From positions 1 through 28,649 of IMG/VR virus record IMGVR_UViG_3300047403_000142: a DNA stretch of 28,649 nt, one strand, 5' to 3'. Both the position numbers and the translations under genes were made by a program. The stretch comes from a virus. Its lineage: Duplodnaviria; Caudoviricetes. This document shows positions 1 to 7,256 of this stretch, in pieces; the first letter of the stretch is position 1; the number at the start of each line of letters is the position of its first letter. Below the pieces are notes generated by a model that was given only the letters and a program-made list of their open reading frames with translations, made no database searches and was not told the DNA's origin.

Positions 1-255
1 GAACCGGCCCCGGTGACAAAGGCTGTCCCCCCCCCACCGGCCGCACCGGGCGGGCACGCGACGGCCGCGCAACTCGCGCAGATCGAAACCATCATCGGCG
101 ATGCGAACTTTGACCGCGCGATGAAATGGATGGTCAAAGAGGGCTGGCTCAAAGAGGGGGAGAGCATCACGCGACTTTCGGAGACTCGCGCGAAGCGCAT
201 CATCAATCAGTCGGCCTCGTGGTTGCGCGCCATCGGTGCGGGAGGTGCGAAATGA
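1..255 (+). CDS. Partial CDS (C-terminal end), hypothetical; possibly a recombination/annealing protein by context
   Basis: Frame is open from base 1. Pro/Ala-rich linker then a small helical domain. TGA 253-255 overlaps ATG 252 of the exonuclease (ATGA). Confidence 0.6.
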   Translation, partial: EPAPVTKAVPPPPAAPGGHATAAQLAQIETIIGDANFDRAMKWMVKEGWLKEGESITRLSETRAKRIINQSASWLRAIGAGGAK

Positions 256-1355
256 GTGCAACCATCCGACCCTCATCGCTGCCCATGCTTGCGCAATGCC
301 CGGCGTGGCAGAGCAGCGGCGGCAACGACGACACCAGCGCGGGGAGCGCGCGGCACGCTGCGCTCGCGCTCTCCTTGGATTTGACCGTCACGCCGGAACA
401 ATACCAAATCAGCACGCGCGACATGGCCGAGTCGGACCTTGAAAGCGTCCAGTGGGCCGCTGATTACATTCGCACGCACGCGCCGCTGGCGGACTACCCA
501 TTGCACACGGAGCGCACGCTCACGTTGCTGGACGATGACTTCAAGGAAGTCATGCGCGGCACGCCGGATGTTGCCTGCGGGCCGCACCTGTTTGACCTCA
601 AGTGGAGAGAGCGCGATTACAGCGCGCAGCTTGCTGCCTACGCGCTTATGCTGATGGAAGAAAGCGGATGGCATGAAGTCCATGTCCACGTTCTTTACGG
701 CGAGCGGCGGCGGGCGGAGCGGTTCACGCTGACGCACGAAGGCGCGACAGAGCTTGTGTTTCGCATCGTTGAATCCACCTACGGCACGCCCCGGCCGGTG
801 CCCTGCGATTATTGCGGCTGGTGCGCGCGGCGGATCACCTGCCCCGCGCTCACCGGCCCGGCGAAACACGTCGCCACACGCTATGCGGACGCGGATGCGC
901 TCGCCCGCGTCGAGCAATGGCACCCGAGCGAGCAGACGGACGCCGCGCAACTGGCGACGATGCTGTTCATCGCCCGTGCGGTTTTGAAACCCTGGATTGA
1001 ATCGGTTGAACATCACGCGCTTGAGGCTGTGACGAAACAGGGACTCGCGCTGCCCGGTTACGAGGTCAAGAGTCGCGCCCCTCGTCAGTATGTAGCGGAC
1101 GTGGCCGGTGCGTTCTCCGCCGCTGGCCTTCCTCAAGACGTGTTCCTGAAATGCTGCGATGTTCGCCTCAACACGTCGCCCACGTATCCTGACAAGGTGG
1201 GCATCGTTGACGAGTTCGCCCGCGCGGCAGGACTGAAGAAGCCAGCGGCCAAGCGCGACTTGATGAAGCGGCTTGAACCCGTGATGGCTGCGGGCAAGCC
1301 GACACAATACCTCGCCGAAATCAAAGGAGAAAAAGGAGAGACAACCCATGAATGA
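252..1355 (+). CDS. Cas4-like PD-(D/E)XK exonuclease (DUF2800-like phage recombination nuclease)
   Basis: RPSSL..LAQCP, GSARH, GTPDV, FDLKW, QLAAYAL and C-terminal CDYCGWC..CP Fe-S-type cysteines. GGAGG upstream of ATG 252. Confidence 0.85.
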   Translation: MSATIRPSSLPMLAQCPAWQSSGGNDDTSAGSARHAALALSLDLTVTPEQYQISTRDMAESDLESVQWAADYIRTHAPLADYPLHTERTLTLLDDDFKEVMRGTPDVACGPHLFDLKWRERDYSAQLAAYALMLMEESGWHEVHVHVLYGERRRAERFTLTHEGATELVFRIVESTYGTPRPVPCDYCGWCARRITCPALTGPAKHVATRYADADALARVEQWHPSEQTDAAQLATMLFIARAVLKPWIESVEHHALEAVTKQGLALPGYEVKSRAPRQYVADVAGAFSAAGLPQDVFLKCCDVRLNTSPTYPDKVGIVDEFARAAGLKKPAAKRDLMKRLEPVMAAGKPTQYLAEIKGEKGETTHE

Positions 1356-1536
1356 CGATCATCTGATACAGTCCGCTCACCTCGCTGATTTCCTCGTTGC
1401 CGAATTGCGCGAGGTTCACAAGTCCTTTTGCAAAGACAAGCCGAACGCGGCCGAATTGTTCGCGGAACAATACGCCCTCGGCCTGTTGAATCAGTCCGTC
1501 GCACTTGCACGCGAGATCAAGGCAGTCCAGCCGTAA
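1348..1536 (+). CDS. Hypothetical protein (62 aa)
   Basis: AAGGAG upstream; overlaps the stop of the previous gene; fills the operon gap. Confidence 0.7.
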   Translation: MNDDHLIQSAHLADFLVAELREVHKSFCKDKPNAAELFAEQYALGLLNQSVALAREIKAVQP

Positions 1537-1583
1537 TGCCACGAATCCAAGAAAGCCACCCTGAACCAGAAGAAAGGAAACCC

Positions 1584-2084
1584 ATGCCGACATTTAACGA
1601 CTCCGACAACCTCCCGACGCACGTCCCCGAGGGCGACTACATCTATACCGTCACCGGCTTCGAGCAGAAAATCAGCGCGGGCGGCAAGACCGCTGGCGCG
1701 ACGAAATACTCGCTCACACTGGAAATCGAAACGCGGGCCGGCGAACGCGGGCCGAAGTGCTTCGAGAACCTGATTGACCACGCTTCGACCAACTGGAAAA
1801 TTGATACATTCCTCAAGTCTGCTGGTGTCACTCTCTCCAAAGGTCAGGGCTTTGAGTTCAACGCGGACGATGCCGCCGCGAGCGGCGCGAGCTTCGTTGA
1901 ACCTGTTGGCCTGCGCGGATGGTGCCGTTTGATCGTCGAGGAATACCCGCTGAACTCGGGGAAGCGGCGGAACAAGGTGGCGGTGTTCTACACGAACAAG
2001 GCCAAGGTGCCCGCGCGCGTGGCCGCACCCGCGCCGGCCGCGCCGGCCGCGGGCGGCATCAGCGACGAGGACGTGCCTTTTTGA
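1584..2084 (+). CDS. DUF669-like phage ssDNA-binding protein
   Basis: AGAAAGGA before ATG 1584. N-terminal 'VPEGDY', beta-rich body, Ala/Pro linker and acidic 'DEDVPF' C-terminus typical of SSBs. Confidence 0.8.
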   Translation: MPTFNDSDNLPTHVPEGDYIYTVTGFEQKISAGGKTAGATKYSLTLEIETRAGERGPKCFENLIDHASTNWKIDTFLKSAGVTLSKGQGFEFNADDAAASGASFVEPVGLRGWCRLIVEEYPLNSGKRRNKVAVFYTNKAKVPARVAAPAPAAPAAGGISDEDVPF

Positions 2085-2092
2085 AAACCTTT

Positions 2093-2163
2093 GCCGCCGA
2101 CCGCATGGTGCGCGGGGAGAACCCGCGACACGCCGAACAGAGCGCATGAAACACGACGGCGGC
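2093..2163 (+). ncRNA. Candidate structured RNA element (multi-stem), family unknown
   Basis: GCCGCCG 2093-2099 pairs with CGGCGGC 2157-2163. CATG 2104-2107 can pair with CATG 2145-2148. GTGCGCGGG 2108-2116 pairs with CCCGCG-A-CAC 2122-2131 around a GAGAA loop. Confidence 0.35.
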
Positions 2164-2172
2164 TTTTAACCT

Positions 2173-2649
2173 ATGACACCACGAGAGAACGAAACATGGA
2201 AGCCAGTATCGCAGTGGCTGGATTACGAGATTTCAAACTGTGGGAATGTGCGGCGAAATGGGAAACCAATCAGCTTGTTCAAAATCAAGGGATACCCTTC
2301 GTTCAATGCCTGTTCGTGGCCTAAAAGAAAGTCGCTTCGTGTCCACCGCGAGGTCGCAAGGGCCTTTATTCCCAACGGCGTCGGACTGGTCCGGCACCTT
2401 GATGGGAACCCTCTCAACTGCAATTTGAAAAATTTGGCTTGGGGAGATTGGGTGCAAAACGAGGCCGACAAAAAGAAGCACGGGCGAACCTTGGCTGGCG
2501 AATCGCACCATCAAGCAAAGTTGACATGGGAAAAAGTCAGAGCAATCCGGTGCTCCGTTGAATCGGTTCCTCGTTTAGCATCTCAGTTTGGAGTTTCGAT
2601 ACGGACCATTTGGTTAATTCGGAAAGGAACGACATGGCGTTTGAGCTGA
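2173..2649 (+). CDS. NUMOD4-HNH homing endonuclease with C-terminal HTH
   Basis: WKPV..YEISNCGNVR (NUMOD4); VHREVARAF..VRHLDGNPLNCNLKNLAW (HNH); GESHHQAKLT..LASQFGVS (HTH). Visibly AT-richer than its neighbours. Confidence 0.9.
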   Translation: MTPRENETWKPVSQWLDYEISNCGNVRRNGKPISLFKIKGYPSFNACSWPKRKSLRVHREVARAFIPNGVGLVRHLDGNPLNCNLKNLAWGDWVQNEADKKKHGRTLAGESHHQAKLTWEKVRAIRCSVESVPRLASQFGVSIRTIWLIRKGTTWRLS

Positions 2650-4169
2650 GGAATTACCAACTCGACATACTCGCCAGCGTGCGCGCGGGCTGGGCGGAGC
2701 ATGACCGGCAGCTTGTGGTGGCACCAACGGGGAGCGGCAAGACGGTCATGTTCTCGCACCTCTGCTCCGACGCGGTGAAGGCTGGTGGCCGCGCGCTTGT
2801 CCTCGTTGACCAGCGGGAGCTTGTCATTCAGGCCGTGGACAAGCTACGGGCGGCAACGGGAATCGCGGCGGCGGTCGAGTGCGCCGCCGCCAATGCTAGC
2901 CTCCCCTCGCCCGTGGTCGTCGCCACGGTTCAAACCATGACGCGCCGCCTCGCTCGCTGGCCCTCGAATCACTTCACGCTTGTCATAGCGGATGAGGCGG
3001 ATAAGAGCGTTTCCGCAACATGGCAACGGGTGCTGAACCATTTCGACGGCACGGCCAAGGTATGCGGATTCACAGCTACACCGCACCGCACAGACCTTCG
3101 CAACCTCGGCGAATACTACCAGCGCATCGCGGCAGAGGTTGGATTGTTCGACCTCGTGCGCCAAGGCTACCTAGCGCCCATCGCGGTCAAGATGCTGCCC
3201 ATCAAGATTGACCTGAGCGCGGTCAAGGTAAAGGACGGCGACTATGACCCGCACCAGGTTGACGCGGCCGTGACGCCGCACCTGCGCGAAGTCGCCCGCG
3301 CCATCCGCGAGCACGCGAGCTTCCGGCGCACGCTGGTATTCGTGCCGCTCATTGCAACCTCGAAACGGTTCGTGGAAATCTGCCGCGAGGAAGGCATTTC
3401 AGCCGAGCATATTGACGGGACAAGCGAAGATCGGGCGGAGAAGTTGAAACGCTTTTCCGAATGGGAGTTTGACGTGCTTGTGAACTCCGCGTTGCTGCTG
3501 CGCGGCGTGGACATACCAAGCATCTCGTGCGTAGTGATGTTGCGACCAACGAAATCACAAACCCTGTATCAGCAAGCAATCGGCCGAGGGACACGCATCG
3601 CCGATGACAAGGACAACCTCCTCCTTCTTGATTTCCTTTACCAAGCCGAGAAAAAGATGGTGTGCCATCCCGCGCACTTGATAGCCAAGACGCAAGAGCA
3701 AGCCGACGCAATGACGGAATTGACGGAAGCCGCACCGGGCGGCGGGGAGCGCGACTTGCAGGAGGTGAACTGGGAAGCGCAGGAAAAACGCGAGGCCGCG
3801 CTGCGTCGCAAGCTCGAAGACAACGCGAAGAAGAAACTCCGGCTCGTGGACGCGGCGAGCTTTTGCGCGCTAATGTCGCAACCCGCTTTGATGGACTATG
3901 AGCCGGTGATGCAATGGGAATGCGCGCCGGTGACGGAAGGGCAGTTGAACATCCTGCGGCGGAACGGCATTGATGAAGCCAGCGTGCGCGGGCGCGGCCA
4001 CGCCTCGCAACTGATTGACCTGATAAACACGCGCCAGACGCGCGGGCTATGCTCGCCGAAGCAGGCTCGGCTGTTGAACCGGCTCGGCGTGAAAAACGCG
4101 GCCCGGCTCACGTTGGAAGTGGCGGGGAGGATACTGGATGAACGAATCGGAAGGAGACAAAGGGCATGA
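2634..4169 (+). CDS. Superfamily 2 DEAD/DEAH-box helicase
   Basis: LRNYQ, APTGSGKT, IADEAD, GFTATP, RGVDIP, QAIGRG motifs; two C-terminal (T/S)x(G/K)Q helical repeats. GAAAGGA before ATG 2634. Confidence 0.95.
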   Translation: MAFELRNYQLDILASVRAGWAEHDRQLVVAPTGSGKTVMFSHLCSDAVKAGGRALVLVDQRELVIQAVDKLRAATGIAAAVECAAANASLPSPVVVATVQTMTRRLARWPSNHFTLVIADEADKSVSATWQRVLNHFDGTAKVCGFTATPHRTDLRNLGEYYQRIAAEVGLFDLVRQGYLAPIAVKMLPIKIDLSAVKVKDGDYDPHQVDAAVTPHLREVARAIREHASFRRTLVFVPLIATSKRFVEICREEGISAEHIDGTSEDRAEKLKRFSEWEFDVLVNSALLLRGVDIPSISCVVMLRPTKSQTLYQQAIGRGTRIADDKDNLLLLDFLYQAEKKMVCHPAHLIAKTQEQADAMTELTEAAPGGGERDLQEVNWEAQEKREAALRRKLEDNAKKKLRLVDAASFCALMSQPALMDYEPVMQWECAPVTEGQLNILRRNGIDEASVRGRGHASQLIDLINTRQTRGLCSPKQARLLNRLGVKNAARLTLEVAGRILDERIGRRQRA

Positions 4170-4507
4170 CACCAACGCAACGCAGCCTTGCCAAACTGAA
4201 GGCCGACAACTGGACGGTGGCCGTTGTCGAGAAATGGAACCCGTGGGCCCGGGTTCGCTCCGACCTATTTGGATTCGCCGATTTGCTGGCCATGTCACCA
4301 ACGCGCGGCATCCTCGCCGTGCAAACCACGAGCGGCGGCAACGTCGCCGCGCGCATCGCCAAGATTCGCAACGAGCCGCGCGCGGGCATCTGGCTTGCGA
4401 GCGGCGGGCGCATCGTCGTCCACGGCTGGCGCAAGGTAGGACCGCGCGGGAAGCGCAAGGTCTGGGAATGCAGGGAGGTTGAGATTGAGTCGGACAGAGT
4501 AGCTTAA
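4166..4507 (+). CDS. VRR-NUC / Holliday-junction-resolvase-like PD-(D/E)XK nuclease
   Basis: DLFGFADLLA..ILAVQTT..VVHGW pattern; ATGA overlap with the helicase stop. Confidence 0.7.
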   Translation: MTPTQRSLAKLKADNWTVAVVEKWNPWARVRSDLFGFADLLAMSPTRGILAVQTTSGGNVAARIAKIRNEPRAGIWLASGGRIVVHGWRKVGPRGKRKVWECREVEIESDRVA

Positions 4508-4513
4508 AACATA

Positions 4514-4843
4514 ATGAAACCCGAGCGAATCCAACTGCGGCGGAAGAAAGGCTGGCGGCTGCCGGCAAACACGGTGGTGGTCGCGCGCCCGTCGAAATGG
4601 GGAAACCCGACCACCGTCATCAACGGAACCCGGCGCAATGCGGTCGAGTTGTATCGCGATCAAGTAGATCTGTGGAGTGCAGATCGCAAGGCGATGGCCC
4701 GGCGCGAGCTGCGCGGCAAGAATCTCGCCTGCTGGTGTCCTGTTTTTGACGAGCATGGAAATCGAGTGCCCTGTCATGCGGACGTGTTAATCGAGTTGGC
4801 CAACGAAAAGCTCACCGACGGCGGGCAAAAGACGCATGAATAA
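4514..4843 (+). CDS. DUF4326 domain protein
   Basis: PERIQLRRKKGWRLP, VARPSKWGNP, LRGKNLACWC, CHADVL motifs. Its last ~13 codons lie inside the attC site. Confidence 0.9.
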   Translation: MKPERIQLRRKKGWRLPANTVVVARPSKWGNPTTVINGTRRNAVELYRDQVDLWSADRKAMARRELRGKNLACWCPVFDEHGNRVPCHADVLIELANEKLTDGGQKTHE

Positions 4844-4888
4844 CACGCAAGACACGATCCCGCCGTTCGGTGCAGCGACTGGTTATGG
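4798..4888 (-). mobile_element. attC: Integron attC site (91 bp)
   Basis: On - strand: R'' CCATAAC, 5 bp, L'' GCTGCACC-GAACGGCGGG, loop, CCCGCCGTC-GGTGAGC L', 5 bp, R' GTTGGCC. Arms 4810-4825 and 4859-4876 pair with two extrahelical bases. Confidence 0.85.
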
Positions 4889-5727
4889 CCTATTCGACCC
4901 ACCGCCGCCGACTCGCATCAACATCCTGTCTCTTGGTGCTGGGGTGCAATCGTCCACCCTCGCGCTCATGGCCGCTCGTGGTGAAATAGCGCCGATGCCG
5001 GATGCTGCAATCTTCGCCGACACACAAGCCGAACCAAAGGGCGTGTATGACTGGCTGGACTGGCTGGAAAAGCAACTGCCGTATCCAGTCTTGCGCGTGA
5101 CGTGTGGAAGCCTGACCGAAGAAAGCCTGCGCGTGCGAGTAAGCGGAAAGTCTGGTGAGAAATACATCGGGCACGCAGTCCCGGCATACATCCTCAACGC
5201 TGACGGCAGCAAGGGAACATACTTCCGGCAATGCACGGACAAGCACAAGCTGACGCCACAAAAACGCGAAGTGGACAAACTCCGAAACGGAGAGGCCGCA
5301 ACCGTGTGGATAGGGATAAGCTGGGACGAAATCCAGCGCATGAAGGAAAGCGTGCGAAAGGGCGTGCAGCACAGATGGCCGCTCATCGAGCGCAAAATCA
5401 CCCGGTCAAAGTGTGTGGAATGGATGACGGCGAACGGCTACCCGACCCCGCCGCGCTCGGCCTGCACCTACTGCCCATACCACAGTGACCGCGAATGGAG
5501 ACGACTGCGGGACACCGACGCCGAATCGTGGCGTGATGCAATCAGCTACGAGAAGCGACTACAAGAGGCCGCAAAACAAGTGCCGCGTCTGTCTGGCGTG
5601 CCGTATCTGCACCCGCAGCGCGTGCCGCTCGAACAAGTGAACCTGACCGACTACGACGAAAACCAAGGACAACTATGGAACACGATGCAAAACGAGTGCG
5701 CCGGAATGTGCGGCGTGTAGGCCATAA
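4804..5727 (-). mobile_element. Integron gene cassette (924 bp) carrying an inverted PAPS-reductase-like gene
   Basis: Bounded by G|TT crossover points at attC (4804) and attI (5728). GTTATGGCCTA 4882-4892 is the exact reverse complement of TAGGCCATAAC 5718-5728, so the circular form would have an 11-bp perfect R''/R' duplex. Confidence 0.8.
4836..5720 (+). CDS. PAPS-reductase-like / adenine nucleotide alpha-hydrolase (PP-loop) family phage protein
   Basis: ILSLGAGVQSS, IFADTQAE, RQCTDKHK, WIGISWDE, RWPLI, PPRSACTYCPY and terminal ECAGMCGV. Confidence 0.8.
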   Translation: MNNTQDTIPPFGAATGYGLFDPPPPTRINILSLGAGVQSSTLALMAARGEIAPMPDAAIFADTQAEPKGVYDWLDWLEKQLPYPVLRVTCGSLTEESLRVRVSGKSGEKYIGHAVPAYILNADGSKGTYFRQCTDKHKLTPQKREVDKLRNGEAATVWIGISWDEIQRMKESVRKGVQHRWPLIERKITRSKCVEWMTANGYPTPPRSACTYCPYHSDREWRRLRDTDAESWRDAISYEKRLQEAAKQVPRLSGVPYLHPQRVPLEQVNLTDYDENQGQLWNTMQNECAGMCGV

Positions 5728-5768
5728 CAAGGATTCTGCAACTCCAAAAACTTAACCGTTGCCTTAAC
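5722..5768 (-). mobile_element. attI: Putative attI site with accessory GTT boxes
   Basis: - strand boxes GTTAAGG (5768-5762), GTTAAGT (5756-5750), GTTGCAG (5742-5736) and core GTTATGG (5728-5722), directly upstream of the integrase ATG. No attC-type hairpin here. Confidence 0.65.
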
Positions 5769-6724
5769 ATGAACCTTGAATCTGCCATTGAGCGCACGCG
5801 CAAGGTGCTCCGGTTGAAGCACTTGTCACACGCGACGGAGGAGAATTACCTGCAATGGCTGCGGCGTTACGGGCGGTTTGTAGTGGAACGGTGCGACCCG
5901 GCCTTGAAGCCGGAGCAGAAGATGGAGGCTTTTCTTACGCAGCTTGCGCAGCAGGACGTGGCCGCCTCGACTCAGAACCAAGCGTTCTGCGCGCTGCTGT
6001 TCTTCTACCGGGAGGTGCTCAAGGTGGAGCTTGGCAAGGTCAATTCTCTGCGGGCCAAGAAACCGTTGCATCTGCGCTACGCCCCGGAGCGGGACGAGGT
6101 GCTGGCGATGTTGGGCAATCTCAAGGACGAGGCGGATTATCCCACCACGCTCATCGTGCGGCTCATCTACGGGTGCGGGCTGCGCGTGACGGAGCCGCTG
6201 AACCTGCGGGTGAAGGATGTGCTGCTGACTGACTCCAAGCTGGTCATCTGCGGGGCCAAGGGCGGCAAGGACCGCTTCGTTGCCATCCCGTGTTCGCTCG
6301 TCAATGAACTCAGGGCGCAACTGGACTACGCGCGCAGCGTGGCAGAACGCGACCGGCTCGCCGGCTTGCCGGTGAAGCTGCCGGGATTGCTGGCGCAGAA
6401 GTATCCCCAGTGGCAGTTCTCGCCGAAGTGGGCGTTCCTGTTCCCGGCGCACCGGCCCTGCGAGTTTCGCGGGCTGTTCTGCCGCTGGCGCGTGCATGAG
6501 GCGAACGTCCAGCGCGCCGTGCGCAAGGCCGCGCGTCCGCTGGGGCTGGACATAACGCCGCATCATCTGCGGCACGCCTACGCGACACACTGCCTGAACG
6601 CCGGCCAGAATCCGCGCGCGATCCAGCAGGCGATGGGCACCAGAGCCTTGAAACCACGATGGGCTATTTGCACGCGGAGGCCATGAGCGTGCAGAGTCCG
6701 CTGGAGGAGGGGGTGGCCGCATGA
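5769..6724 (+). pseudogene. intI: Integron integrase-family tyrosine recombinase, frameshifted at ~6638 (true lesion, sequencing error or recoding)
   Basis: STQNQAFCALLFFYREVL, YGCGLR, KGGKDR, IntI-specific insert LPGLLAQKYP..WAFLFP, HHLRHAYATH. Frame 0 stops at 6686; the -1 frame from 6638 reads HQSLETTMGYLH..SVQSPLE to TGA 6724. Confidence 0.88.
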
Positions 6725-6768
6725 CCTCGCTAGACCGGCCATCAATGCGTTTGAATTGCAAACAATAA
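6721..6768 (+). CDS. 15-aa mini-ORF MTSLDRPSMRLNCKQ (probable remnant of the primase start; possible translational relay)
   Basis: Strong GGAGGAGG upstream. ATGA overlap with the integrase -1-frame stop and TAATG overlap with the next gene. Confidence 0.4.
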   Translation: MTSLDRPSMRLNCKQ

Positions 6769-7256
6769 TGAAAACGAAACTGAAATGCGGAACCGTCGGA
6801 GAAGTTTTTCGATTCGAGGATTCAACAAACGGATTTTATTTCGCGCACGCGGACGGAAGATTCATGTTTGACGTTAGGCGCGTTTTCTTCGCGCTGAAAA
6901 TGCGCGTCCCAATCGGACCCGAAGCCGTTAAACACCATGTTTCTGAGGCATCGCTCGCGGGCGAATTGCTTCCTTTCCTCACACTCAAAGAGTTGCGGGA
7001 GTGCGGCTATCCTAAAAGCGTCGGAGGGTTACTTAAAGGAGCTGTTGGAATCAATAGCAAAGACGGCCTACCAATTACAGTCTGGCACGCTGGAGGTTGG
7101 CTTTTTCACGTCGCCTTGCTTCTTTGTCCTAAAGTCGAAATTGATGGCCGCCATTTCTGCAACTTGAAAACGCCGCCTTCCGCTTTTGATTTTGCCGCGA
7201 AACATCTGTTCCGCTTTGAATGGTCTCAAATCAAAGCCATCTCCCGCCCTGTGTGA
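6768..7256 (+). CDS. Hypothetical protein (AT-richer insert; weak resemblance to Bro-N-like domains)
   Basis: ATG 6768; stop overlaps primase GTG 7253 (GTGA). The functional resemblance is weak. Confidence 0.65.
   Translation: MKTKLKCGTVGEVFRFEDSTNGFYFAHADGRFMFDVRRVFFALKMRVPIGPEAVKHHVSEASLAGELLPFLTLKELRECGYPKSVGGLLKGAVGINSKDGLPITVWHAGGWLFHVALLLCPKVEIDGRHFCNLKTPPSAFDFAAKHLFRFEWSQIKAISRPV

Noticed and set aside
252-1355. Cas4-like nuclease suggesting a CRISPR-Cas locus
   Set aside because: No repeat-spacer array or other cas genes are visible; stand-alone Cas4-like exonucleases are normal in phage recombination modules.
2085-2649. Structured RNA plus HNH as a group I intron
   Set aside because: The flanking genes are complete (SSB ends in DVPF, helicase begins at its normal Q motif) and I see no intron core elements.
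4440-4520. A second attC upstream of DUF4326, making it a second cassette
   Set aside because: No AAC..GTT-bounded hairpin and no complement of GGCCAAC found there by eye; only one cassette is supported. A covariance search could still find a degenerate site.
5769-6724. Integrase as the ordinary prophage integration enzyme
   Set aside because: It has IntI-specific features, sits mid-operon next to attI/attC, and no attP, excisionase or repressor is visible in the window. A secondary integration role cannot be excluded.
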